Assembly (NCBI GenBank): GCA_036850965.1
Contig: JAZGQO010000002.1
Span: forward strand, 27,060,901-27,124,900
Origin: Patella caerulea
Taxonomy: Eukaryota
Length of the DNA stretch: 64,000 bases
Reading direction: 5' to 3'
Each line of letters opens with the position of its first letter. The first letter of the stretch is position 1. The notes under the pieces were generated by a model. The model had not been told where the DNA came from. It did no database searches and worked only from the letters and a program-made list of their open reading frames with translations. The translations under genes were made by a program, and so were the position numbers. Shown here one piece after another: positions 49,350 through 60,727 of the stretch.

Positions 49350-49407
49350 TTTTAATCTGTGTTGTAACAGCCTTTAGTTTATATTTCTCACGGACTAAAC
49401 CAAACAT
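49350..49407 (-). CDS. DEPDC5: Candidate initiator exon of DEPDC5 (MFGLVREKYKLKAVTTQIK...). The donor (GTTCAA) is weak, so the exact 3' end is uncertain.
   Basis: The ATG at 49407 (minus strand) opens a frame with the 'KYKL' motif, compared with human 'MRTTKVYKLVIHKK'. The phase-1 donor after 'QIK' would join exon 48547-48634 to give 'N-ADIVLNPK'. No better candidate lies upstream within 3 kb. Confidence 0.3.
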
Positions 49408-49800
49408 GTGCTTGACAAACTCACTGCCAAACTTTATCTACGGTAACAACAGCTTTTGTATTGATTTTTCAAGTGAGTAGGCCTACTAGTATGATGCATT
49501 GGGGTATTTAATTGTACAATGGATTTTGTTAACCGGAGGTAATTTCAACAAACAGGTAGGTTTTTAATAACTGTAGTTTACATACATAGTAGAGCCAAAA
49601 AGCATAAATTATGGGTTATCAGCCAATTCGGGCAAGGTTCTTGACTCAGAAATTATTACAGCTCATTATTTTAATGGCAATTGTTACATTATCGGAGATT
49701 TTTATAAAGAGTTAGCCATTCTTGAGTGACAGTTCAAAAACAGATGATAAAAGAAGTAAAAAATTTCAGTACCATTGGGGCTGCAATTCAATTCGTATTA
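49390..49800. repeat. ~410-bp segment duplicated at 51790-52006 plus 54473-54680, where the DNA transposon interrupts it
   Basis: Direct alignment of 'gtgcttgacaaactcactgccaaactttatctacggtaacaacagcttttgtattgatttttcaagtgagtaggcc...' in both copies. The second copy resumes after the transposon at 'ggttcttgactcggaaattattacagctcattatt...'. Confidence 0.8.
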
Positions 49801-49854
49801 CATGTACATTTATTTTTCACTACAAATTAAAAAATGAGACTTTTCATATATATA

Positions 49855-50170
49855 TCTCCTTACTGCTAAATGGCCGCATGTCAGTCCATGTGAACGCCTG
49901 AACAATGTAAATGAACATCTTAGTGAGAAAATAAGAGTTTGATTACCTCGCTAGAACCAGTATGTCCGAAACAACACGCTGTTCTAAACTGTATCCATGG
50001 CATCAACCAAGTTGTTTAGAAGACAGAGACGTATTTTTTAACAGCGTGTTGTGTCGGTCATATACTGGTTCTTATAGCGAGTTAAGCAAGGCCTTATTTT
50101 CTCACTAAGATTCATGTTCATTTACATTGTTTAGGTGTTCACATGTGGCCGTTTAGCAGTAAAAAGTTGC
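49855..50170. mobile_element. MITE-like inverted-repeat element, about 315 bp, with ~120-bp imperfect TIRs
   Basis: 'ttactgctaaatggccgcatgtcagtccatgtgaacgcctgaacaatgtaaatgaacatcttagtgagaaaataag...' at 49860-49960 pairs with its reverse complement at 50060-50170. Sits about 450 bp upstream of the candidate DEPDC5 start. Confidence 0.7.
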
Positions 50171-52413
50171 CCAGTAAAATTGACTGGGGCAGATTCCAGT
50201 TTCGACACGAACGGTATTGAATGACATGGGACCTGGCAAGTGTAATGAGACCTGCATTCAAATTCAGAGCTGAACTAGAGACTTAGCTACTTTAAACTAA
50301 AATGTTTTTCAATAAAAAGAACAACAATTGATTGCTAGCTATCTAGTTCTGTTGTGGACGACATTAGACTGTACTTTTACTACTGAGACCCAGACCAGAC
50401 GATTGTTCTGATCGACAGAAGGCCGGAGTCCATGTAGAGATCAGAGAGGGCTTATTATTAGGCTATCAATCACTGATCAGTCAAATATATTGAAACAAAA
50501 TTTTTAATTTTATGTAGGACTTCATGTGTCTCTTTAATGTACTAGCGTGCAAAAATGCATAATTTCTTATTACCTTTCTGTGTCTTGCTATGAAGCGATA
50601 ATTTATAGGTTTTCATTTTCTAGGTTTCTGACACTACACTACTGACACTGACAGTCGACCGTTCGCCTCCATTTTGACTACTAGAGTTACCTGCCCTTTA
50701 GTGTTTAGAATATTATCTAAATATAAAGGGCCAATCTCATACTCTATGTCCAATCTCGATTAGGCCTATATATTGGAGAATAAAACTTCGTAATTTTGTG
50801 TTAAAGGCCCTAAAAATTATCTACCTAAAGGGGGGGGGTACGCGGCACAGTCTACTGTAGGTATTTAAGAGTTATGGTCGGCATATCTGGGGGGGGGGGG
50901 GCAATTACGGGTCTGACTTAATTAAACCCACCAGATTTCACTGTATTGAACTCTGAATAAAAACGGGCAAACAACGAAATCTTAAAGGGGTTACATGTCT
51001 GCATTAGTGATTTTGATGTTCACGTCCAAACGACTCAATATTTTAAGCTGAAATTTTGAGATAAGGTAAAAACACCATTCATATATTTTGGCGCCTAAAT
51101 TTCATACCTAGCCTACATGGAATTTTATTTTAGAGACTATTAAAATCTGGATTGTCCGGGCCTTTAATTTAAGAGCACCTACAAATTTCGTACTCTTGAT
51201 AGCGAAATGTAGCCTATAAGGGTAGGGGTTCTGTTTACAATTCGTGACCTTGACTTTAAGCTTATTTATCATAGGGCCATACATGTATCTACAATTTGAC
51301 AAGCTCCCATTGAGACTGATTTACATTGGTAGGCCTATTATCCCATTTGTTTATAGTATAAAAGTACATTTAAATAAACTTTGATATGTATAGTATACTC
51401 GTATACACAGACACGTATAGGCTTACCGTATCGGATATAGGCTAGGCCTAATTAACTAATATTAAAAGACGTTTTATGCCTGCTGAGGCGCTGGAGGCGC
51501 GAGCCTCCTCGTAAAAATAAAATCAAAGAAATTGAACAAATAAAACGGGAGAAAAATGCTATAGGCCTAACCAATGAGAAAAAAGAAATGTACCGTAGTT
51601 GGGGGGTGGGGCTAAGGACAGACAAAAGGCCCCCGAGTCTGACAAAAGGCCCCCTCTGGCCCGTGAAAGAGGGCCCTCAAATAGTATAGCCTCCTCGTGA
51701 AAGAAAATCAAAGAACTTGAACAAATAAAACTGGGAAAAATGCTAAAACCAATGAGAAAAATGAAATGTAGGCTACCCTAGTTAGGAACATGTGTTTGAC
51801 AAACTCACTGCCAAACTTTATCTACGGTAACAACAGCTTTTGTATTGATTTTTCAAGTGAGTAGGCCCTATGATGCATTGGGGTATTTAATTGTACAATG
51901 GATTTTGTTTAACCGGAGGTAATTTCAACAAACAGGTAGGTTTTTTTATAACTGTAGTTTACATAGAGCCAAAAAGCATAAATTATGTGTTATCAGCCAA
52001 TTCGTGCAAATTTGGGTGAAACCATTGTGCAAATTTGGGGAAAAGCATGAAATTTGGCACAAACATACTTTAGACTATACTGATCAATCGTGGGGTAAGG
52101 GCCAAAAATATTTCCCACTATTTTTCAAAATGGCCGCCATTTTCAAAATGACCACTAATTATGCTTTAAAATGTTGAGGAGATTGATGATATTGGTTTAC
52201 GGTACCTATATATTGCTTTATGTTATCTCAGAATCATCTTGAATTGCATACTGATGAATGTTTTGATGTTTACAATATCATTTGGTGATTCAAGATGGCT
52301 GCCGAATTCAAAATGGCCGCCGATTCCATAAAAATGTTTAAATGATAGTGAGTAATATCGTCCTGTAGTTTTAATCAAAACTCAATACCAAAATCATCTG
52401 AATATAAATTTAG

Positions 52414-53254
52414 GTGAATGCTTTTTATCTGTTAAAGGTGTTTCTGAAATCAAGATGGCTGCCAAATAAGGTTGCCACGCTCAAAATGGCTGCCAAGTGT
52501 TATATGCTGCGAACTGTTGACACAGATGTAGTTGTCCTATCTACAGCATTGTTCAACCGGATCAATGTGACCGAACTTTGGGTGTCATTTGGTACTGGTA
52601 AGAATTGCAGACTAATTCCAGTTCACACCATTTCCAAGACATTAGGTCCACAGAAATCAATGTCTCTTCTAATGTTCCACGCCTTCACCGGTCGTGACCA
52701 GACTTCTTTCTTTCTTAATCGAGGAAAGAAAACTGCCTGGCAAACAAGCAAAGTATACAAGGATGCTGACGAATCCTTTGCAGTTCTTAGTAGAGCTCCA
52801 CCATCAGTAGAAGAGTTGCATAATCATGTCAACAATTGGGAGATTTGTTATCCTCGTGTATGACAGGACAAGTTCGTGTGAAAGTGTTGATGAAGCCCGC
52901 CAAGAACTTTTTACTCATAAGGGAAGGGCAATTGAGCCAATCCCACCAACCTCAGCAGCACTTTTTCAGCATGCGAAAAGAGCTCTATTTCAGGCCGCCT
53001 ATGTATGGGGCCAAGCCTTGCTACGGACCCCCGAGTTGCCAGACCCATCAGATTGGGGATGGAGAAAAGGAACTTCAGGCATGTGGGAGCCTCTATGGAC
53101 AACTCTACCTGAGGCTTGTAAATCCTGCCAGGAGCTAATCAAATGTGGCTGCAATGTAGATAAAGGATGCCGTGGTCGATGCAAATGTGTCAAGGCAGGG
53201 GTTGCATGTACAACGTACTGCAAAGGCCATGGGGATTGTGAACGCCCCTCTTAG
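52414..53254 (+). pseudogene. Frameshifted ORF of a widely distributed metazoan transposon-type protein. N-terminal region '...RLIPVHTISKTLGPQKSMSLLMFHAFTGRDQTSFFLNRGKKTAWQ...'. Cys-rich CxC-like C-terminus 'CKSCQELIKCGCNVDKGCRGRCKCVKAGVACTTYCKGHGDCE'.
   Basis: Two overlapping listed ORFs, 52414..52863 and 52826..53254, are out of frame with each other, which implies one frameshift. The 'HAFTGCD..SxFxGxGKK.AW' motif and the Cys cluster are typical of a repetitive TE-borne ORF seen in many invertebrate and fish genomes. This is pattern recognition, not a database hit. Confidence 0.55.
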
Positions 53255-53380
53255 TGCCAGAAGGGCATTTGGTAGTGTGACTTCACTTATTTTGGCCTTT
53301 CGACATTTGAATGACACATACCAAATGAGGTGAGAAGCAACAGTAACTTGGAACTGTATATGATATAAGAGAGGTTGCGG

Positions 53381-53533
53381 AATCCCGTACGGCAGGCATT
53401 TTCATACGGGATACAGCATGTTTTCATAGTGATTCAATGAACTGTGACCCATAGTTCATTGAATCACAATGAAAACATGCCACATCCCGTATGAAAATCC
53501 TGCCGTACTGGATTCCGCAACCTCTGTATTATC
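53381..53533. repeat. Near-perfect 153-bp palindrome. Hairpin with a ~72-bp stem and a ~9-nt loop.
   Basis: gaggttgcggaatcccgtacggcaggcattttcatacgggatacagcatgttttcatagtgattcaatgaact-gtgacccat-agttcattgaatcacaatgaaaacatgccacatcccgtatgaaaatcctgccgtactggattccgcaacctc. Confidence 0.9.
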
Positions 53534-53799
53534 TTTCTAGTTAAGACTGAGTATTATTGATCAAGGTACTAATCTGCAACAACGTCTGTCATTTTAAATT
53601 AAATGACCATATTGAATTATAATTAATTTTCTGATTAAGCTAGTTTAAACATAAGAATCCACATCAAAACTAAAGTTTGTGGCCAGTAAATTCACATGAA
53701 AGGGACTCGTTTATGGTACCTGGTGAACATTTTTGATTCGAAAGCCATGTTGGATTTTGAATCCCCTGTTTAGTTCGATTTGATCTAATAAGCCCTTAC

Positions 53800-54330
53800 A
53801 ATAAGCCAAATTACTGTAATAATGGCGGCCATTTTCAATTTGGCGGCCATATTGGATTTTAGAACATACCTTGTTTACTTGAACTTAAAAAGATATGTCG
53901 ATCCTACATTTAGATGTATATTTAGTCAATTGTAAGCGCATCATGCATAATGAACATCATAATTACTGTAATAACGGTGGCCATTTTGAATTTGGCGGCC
54001 ATATTGGATCTTAGAATATCCTGTTTACTTCAATATGGTCAGATATGTCATATCCTGCATGAAAATGTATATTTAGTTAATTGTAAGGACACTACAGATA
54101 ATAAGCTCTTGCTAAAAACAATATTACTGTAATAATGGTGGCCATTTTGAATTTGGCGGCCATATTGGATTCTAGAGTACCCTGGTTACTTGAATTTGGT
54201 CAGATATGTCAGATCCTGCATTTATATGTATATTTGGTCAATTCTAAGCACATCACAGGTAATAAGCTCTTACAGTAGACAAAATTACTGTAATAATGGT
54301 AGTCATTTTGAATTTGGCGGCCATATTGGA
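53800..54330. repeat. ~120-bp x 4 tandem array inside the DNA transposon. Each unit has paired ATGGCGGCCAT motifs ('taataatggcggccattttgaatttggcggccatattggat').
   Basis: Four direct units. Related isolated motifs: 'aaaatggccgccatttt' (52131), 'caagatggctgccgaattcaaaatggccgccg' (52288) and 'caagatggctgcc...caaaatggctgcc' (52449-52492). Confidence 0.8.
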
Positions 54331-56749
54331 TTTACAGACAGAAACTCAATAGGCCCTTACCCACAAGTTAATAAGCACGTAAAAAGCTACCTTTGTGCCA
54401 ATTTTCACGCTTTTCCCCAAAAGTGCACAATTTTCTTGTATTGACTCACCATATTGCAGTACTACAAGGTTCTTGACTCGGAAATTATTACAGCTCATTA
54501 TTTGAATGGCAATTGTATTTAAAGATACATAATGGGAGATTTTTATAAATAGTTGGCCATTCTTGCTATGCCAGTTCAAAAATAGATCATAAAAGAAGTA
54601 AAAAAATTCAGTACCGTTAGCTTATTCGGTTTTAGATGGGTCTGCAATTCAATTCGTATTACTATGTGGCACCGTTCAGTTAAAATGGAATTAAATAGGA
54701 ATTTACTGCTGATTTGATATCAATATTAATGAGGTTGGATGGATTTTAAACATGTTTAAGATTCACGAGAGTTTAATATTAGAATGGTCCATTAAATTTA
54801 ATATCGCCATTATAATAATATGCTTCAGTCAGTACTGGACGGGATTTTTCCAAGCCAGGTTGGTTTAATCTTTTATAATTGAGTAGCATTCTACATGTAT
54901 ATCCGAGCTCTGCAAGGTTTTTATTGTTGTTTTGTTGTTAATTCTAATATTATTAAATCAGAGACATATAAACCAATACAGTTTAATTAGTGCTTCTGTT
55001 GGTAATTGATGAGGGGCGCATACTTTGCTTGTAATGCTATACAAGACTCGGCTTGCCTTTTTTACAAAGGTCAGATGAATATAGCTGCTTCAAGAAAAAG
55101 TATTATTTGTTATATTTATCCTAAATGAGAATTAATAAATATCCAGACAAGCATCACAAAAAGTAAAATTTACATTTTTTCGCCGGGTTCTATGATCAGA
55201 TGGTACGTTTATGAAATACACGTGGGTTTACTGTTAATTTGCACTTAGTTTAAATTCATTCAGGCGGCTACGTTGTTTTTGAAGATCTTGCAATGAATTT
55301 GGAAATAATAAAGAAGTGAATGGCCTAAGTGAATGGCCTATGAGCAACTGCATATGCAGTTCTTGGTGTTAGAAGCAATTTAAACACAGATAGGCATAAT
55401 ATTCTAAATTCTATCCGTACAATGACTGGTAACCAGCAACTACTTTAAAGCCCCAATAACACTCTTGTTGTTACTAATTAATATATCCCAATCTTCATTC
55501 TGGTCAACAAATTGTATTATTTTAGAACATTCCAATTAAATGATGATATAAATTTCATCTTAACACACCTATTTGGAAAAATTGGAAAAATTCAACCAAT
55601 TGATTTGAAAAGTCTAACGTAAGCCTTTTCAAATGTGACTTGGATTTTGAAATATTTTCGAACCATCTGGACAAGTAAAATAGGTTGTAATGGATAATTT
55701 ACACAACAGGTAGGACACTTAAACATCTAGTACTTAGAATATGGGTATTATTTATTTTCTGGAGCTACCAAGCCACCAAGAATGTTATTGTCCCTTTAAG
55801 ACAAGGGTGATGTGCTCATGGGATGATGCACGACTTACAATACGGGCAGCTTTGTTTTGGGTGTTCTGCAGTATTTGGAGCGATTTGTTTGGAAGACCAT
55901 AAGCAAGTTGTAGTAGTCTAGTTTGGATGTCATAAAGACGAAGTTTACATTTTTTTTATAGAGATGATAGTTACCTCATTTACAAATATTAGTAATGTGA
56001 CCAAGCAGAGACATGTTAGTTAAGTTTAATCAATATTCTATTCAATAAGCTGAATTGGATTGAACAACAGGCAAAGGCCTATATGGTGAACATATGTACC
56101 AACAGTGTGTTACAAACAAATGATATATTACCTGGAGTGTAGTTTAAGTTTTAAATGTTAAAGTGTTAAAATCTCTTGCTGTCTTTCACGTTTGCACTAT
56201 TTCGCACATGTTAGAATTGGTATTATCTGAAAGATCAGGACTGCCATAAATATATAAGATCAGGTCAGTTGTAATATTTTGTTTAAGGTGGTGTAGATTA
56301 TTTTTGACATTTGTTTTGGGGGCAGAGTATGCTGGACATATGAAAAATAATATTTTATGTAGAATTACGCTTAGGACACTCTTTTGTTTTACTAATAAAA
56401 TGGTAAAATAAGTGATTGTTTAAATTACTAGCCTTTTTTCTTAATTGACAATGGATAATATTGTCTTTCCTATTTCCAGTATTATAACAGCGTAGTGGGC
56501 TTATTACAGGATACCCACGTGAAAGTCACAATTTAAGTGCACTTAACGTTTGTGCGGTTTTAATAATTTCAGGTAAGTTGTTCCGAAGTTTAATTGTGCA
56601 GGGAAAGAACAATTAGAATATGAACTTGGTTTACAAAATGGTAGATTGAGGTTCAGATTTTCATTATGAAGGTTACAATTTGACACTGACAGATAAATTA
56701 GACTTAGGTTTAACAAAATGGTAGATTGGGCTCAGATTTTTATTATGAA

Positions 56750-58400
56750 GGTTATAATGACGGTTCAAATTTCTTAAAGGCTTCAGACAGATAAGTGGGA
56801 CTTAGATTATTCTTTATTTTATGTAAATAATTTAATTTGTGTTTTATTCTGCGATTAGACAATGATTCCCAACCAAGCTCTTTGTATAAATTATTTTTAG
56901 ATGAATTTCTTCTGAGGCCAGTTATTATTCTACCTGCTTCAGTTTGTACACTTTCTAATAGTTCAAAATCCTTCTTAGAACAGTTATTCCATACAATATC
57001 AGCATATTCTAAGATGGGACCAATAAAAGCAAGATATAATATATTAAATGAAATTCTATTAATTTTATATTTCAGTATACGCAAAATATTAGGTCAACCT
57101 CAAGCTTTCTGGACCCTGTTTCTCGAAATCTTAACTAAAGATACAGTCCAAATTTTAGTAGATATTTCAGTTTTAATTGGCTAAGCACTAAAATGAATCT
57201 AATATTATCCAATCAAATTAACAAAATGTGGATTTTATCTTAGTTAAAATTTCGTGAAACAGGTCCCTGATATATATTTGAAACATATTCTGACCATAAT
57301 GCATTAGACTGAAAAGTTAATCCCAAATGACAATGAGTAGTTACGTTTTCAATTTTTTGTATTTTCAAAAATAACGTCTGGATGGATTGTAGTTTTCCGA
57401 GTAAAAGTAATATGTTTAGTTTTATTTGGGTTAAAAGTTACACACCATTGTTTAGCCCAAGATGAGATAATAATCAGATCTTCAGTTATAGAGTTCGCGC
57501 TACTAAGATGATCATTATGAATAATTGTAACAGTTGCATGTTGTTAGTAATATTATCGGAGATTTCATTTAGATAAATTAAAAATAGGAAAGGACCAAAC
57601 ATACGTCCTTGGGGAACACCAGAATCGGTATGTTTGATTTGAAACCTTCGAAAACTACACATTGTTTTCTATTAAAAAGTGTCCAATCCATTTACATAAT
57701 ATTTGATTCATTCCATATTGTTTTAATTTAGACAATAAACCTATATGACAAACTTTATCAAAAGCTTTTGATACATCACAAAATATAAATCGAATTTGCT
57801 ATCCTTTATCAAGATTAATAATTATAACATCTTTAGGTTGAAAACCAGACATATGCTTATATAACAGGTTATTTTCTTTTATAAAATTATAAAGCTTTTT
57901 GAATAAGATTTTCTGTAGTATTTTACATAATGAGCATGTTAATGAAATTGGTCTATGTTGTGGGACTGAGGGTCACACTTTCCTTTATACACTGCAATGC
58001 TAATGTGAAGTCTATGTTAGAATCGAATTGAACGCCAAGATTCTTAAAGATGGAATGTCAGAATTACCACTGAATTAGTCTCTAATTTACAGAGTTGATT
58101 ATTACGACCAAATTTGGTAACTTCTTTTTGTCATCGTTAAGTTTATTCACATTACTAGCCAGAGATGACTGCTTTATAATATATATAATTCCGAGTCATC
58201 TGCGTACAAATGAAAGTCAGTCCCATGGTTACGGATTATATGTCATATGGGAGTTGTGTACACAGTAAAAAGTAATGTCCTAATACTGTTCTGGGGGACA
58301 CCATTATTGAACCCAATTGATTCAGAAACAGTTTTGTTAACTGAGGCCATTTGAGTACGTTCATAGAGATAAGATTAGAACCACCCTAGTGTCGCATCTA
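56750..58400 (-). mobile_element. Degraded CR1-like LINE fragment in reverse orientation. Contains an RT core with frameshifts plus the C-terminal region, and a 3' UTR with a ~75-bp tandem duplication at 56620-56760.
   Basis: Listed ORF 56752..57084 (-) gives 'YLAFIGPILEYADIVWNNCSKKDFELLESVQTEAGRIITGL...'. The reverse complement of 57560-57640 encodes 'GVPQGRMFGPFLFLIYLNEI', the canonical RT motif. Confidence 0.7.
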
Positions 58401-58439
58401 CAATTCCAAATCTCTCAGACAACCTATTTCGTAGAATTG

Positions 58440-58860
58440 GTGTGTCAATGGAGCTACATCGCTAATATTAGAGACCTGTAATTGACACAGATGGGTCGCA
58501 ACGCATATCATAATGCAAAATGTAAATAAACTGATTTACATTCAACCTTTTCTGTTTTTACTGTAATTTCTAATCAGTTATGTTCGGCGAAATACGCTAG
58601 AAATCTCAATCGAATGGCTATTTCTGGTGTCTGGCTATTCCAGTCTACACCGAAAGTATTTATTGCACACGCTCTCCAGATAAGAACATAGGGTCACCGT
58701 TTGATATTACTTATGGAATATTTCTAGCCTAGTTATTCGAATCCCTTGTTACAAATGGCGCAGATTCGTGTGCCAATGGTAAAATGTTTATTTTGTCTTA
58801 AATATTGGATATCAGACGTCCATCTTTTCCTGGTAAGATCACAAAATTAATGTTTATTGT
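58440..58860. repeat. ~420-bp segment duplicated at 61240-61620. The upstream copy is where satellite element C inserted.
   Basis: 'tgggtcgcaa...tgatttacattcaa...cagttatgttc.gcgaaata...ctggttattccagtctaca...ggatatcaga.g.cca.cttttcc.gtaagatcacaa...aatgtt' aligns between the two copies. Confidence 0.75.
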
Positions 58861-58909
58861 CCCCCGCCCTTTCGAAGAAAGTTGGTGGACTATTAAAATG
58901 GGTTCGTCC

Positions 58910-58959
<50 letters not shown>

Positions 58960-60727
58960 CTGTCCGTCTGTCTGTCCGTCACACTTTTTGGGACACAATA
59001 ACTCTCTTCCTAATTGAGCTAGAATGTTCAAACTTGGTGTATGTGTTTATTAGGTCAATGCCTTGATGGAGTTCGAAGATGAGCATTTTCTGCTTAGGGT
59101 AAGCAGAGATAAGCAATTTGATTGGTTGATGCTTTGGGACACGATAACTTTAGTTCTAATTAAGTGAGATTGATGAAACTTGGTGTATAGTTTCATTATA
59201 GTAATACCTTGACTAAGTTCGATAATGAGCATTTTCTGCTCAGGGTAAGCAGAGCTATACGCAATTTGATTGGTCGAGAATTTGGAACACAATAACTCTC
59301 TTTCTAATTGAGTTAAAATGATCAAACTTGGTGTATATGCTTATTAGGTCAATGCCTTGATGGAGTTCGAAGATGAGCATTTTCCGCTTAGGGTAAGCAG
59401 AGATAAGCAATTTGATTGGTTGATGCTTTGGGACACGATAACTTTAGTTCTAATTAAGTGAGAGTGATGAAACTTGGTGTAGAGTTTCATTATAGTAATA
59501 CCTTGACTAAGTTCGATAATGAGCATTTTCTGCTCAGGGTAAGCAGAGCGATACGCAATTTGATTGGTCGAGACTTTGGAACACGATAACTCTCCTTTTA
59601 ATTTAGTTGAAATGTTCAAACTTGGTGTATGTGCTTATTAGGTCAATGCCTTGATGAAGTTCGAAGATGAGCATTTTCCGCTTAGGGTAAGCAGAGATAA
59701 GCAATTTGATTGGCTGATGCTTTGGGACACGATAACTTTAGTTCTAATTAAGTGAGATTGATGAAACTTGGTGTATAGTTTCATTATAGTAATACCTTGA
59801 CTAAGTTCGATAATGAGCATTTTCTGCTCAGGGTAAGCAGAGCTATACGTAATTTGATTGGTCGAGAATTTGGAACACAATAACTCTCCTTCTAATTGAG
59901 TTAAAATGTTCAAACTTGGTGTATATGCTTATTAGGTCAATGCCTTGATGGAGTTCGAAGATGAGCATTTTCCGCTTAGGGTAAGCAGAGATAAGCAATT
60001 TGATTGGTTGATGCTTTGGGACACGATAGCTTTAGTTCTAATTAAGTGAGCGTGATGAAACTTGGTGTATAGTTTCATTATAGTGATACCTTGACTAAGT
60101 TCGATAATGAGCATTTTCTGCTCAGGGTAAGCAGAGCGATAAGCAATTTGATTGGTCGAGACTTTGGAACACAATAGCTCTCATTCTAATTTAGTTAAAA
60201 TGTTCAAACTTGGTGCATATGCTTATTAGGTCAATGCCTTGATGGAGTTCGAAGATGAGCATTTTCTTCTAAGGGTAAGCAGAGATAAGCAATTTGATTG
60301 GTTGATGCTTTGGGACACGATAACTTTAGTTCTAATTAAGTGAGAGTGATGAAACTTGGTGTATAGTTTCATTACAGTAATACCTTGACTATGATCGATA
60401 ATGAGCATTTTCTGCTCAGGGTAAGCAGAGCGATAAGCAATTTGATTTGCCGAGACTTTGGAACACAATAACTCTCCTTCGAATTGAGTTAAAATGTTCA
60501 AAATTGGTGTGTCTGCTTCGTAGGTCAATGCCTTGATGGAGTTCGAAGATGAGCATTTTCTTCTTACGGTAGGCAGAGATAAGCAATTTTTGGATGACAC
60601 TTCGTGTTCAGTTTGATTGGTCGATACGTTTGAAAAAAATAAATGTGCGATTAATTACTATGTGTCATCTATTTATTTTGGGATTTCGGCGGGGGACATC
60701 AGCCTCACTGTTGGCTTGTTTAAATTT
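58861..60727 (-). mobile_element. Satellite-carrying nonautonomous element, copy C, in reverse orientation. (GTCT)n tract at 58900-58980 and about 5.5 units of 294-bp tandem repeats at 59040-60600. Insertion is supported by a paralogous empty site.
   Basis: Flank 58440-58860 plus the post-insertion flank 60728 onward ('tttaaatttacaaata') is collinear with 61240-61640 ('...caatgttgatttaaattgacaaata'). The 61240-61640 copy lacks the element. Termini are the reverse complement of copies A and B. Confidence 0.75.

Larger units (their letters stand above)
52007..54472 (+). mobile_element. DNA transposon, about 2.47 kb, with subterminal TIRs. Boundaries are defined by a paralogous uninterrupted site. 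Contains a frameshifted transposon-type ORF pair (52414-53254), a 150-bp hairpin (53381-53533) and a ~120-bp x 4 tandem array with ATGGCGGCCAT motifs (53800-54330).
   Basis: Segment 49390-49800 is collinear with 51790-52006 plus 54473-54680. The break ('ccaattcgggcaa|ggttcttgactc') is interrupted in the second copy. The TIRs are TTGTGCAAATTTGGGGAAAAGCATGAAATTTGGCACAAA (52035-) and its reverse complement at about 54400-54440. The TSD is short and ambiguous, CAA or AA. Confidence 0.7.

Noticed and set aside
52836-53223. Additional overlapping ORFs (52836..53138 plus; 52911..53102 and 52999..53223 minus) within the transposon ORF region
   Set aside because: These are alternative-frame or antisense shadows of the TE-derived coding sequence 52414-53254. 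Only the two frameshift-linked frames show protein-like motifs.
59050-60600. Series of ~91-aa ORFs, one per 294-bp repeat unit (listed ORFs 59050..60600 minus strand; 9230..9928 and 41518..42416 plus strand)
   Set aside because: These ORFs recur only because the tandem units are near-identical copies. They have no recognisable domains and are compositionally odd, so they are repeat-phase artefacts and not genes. A real reading frame cannot be excluded entirely, but nothing supports it.
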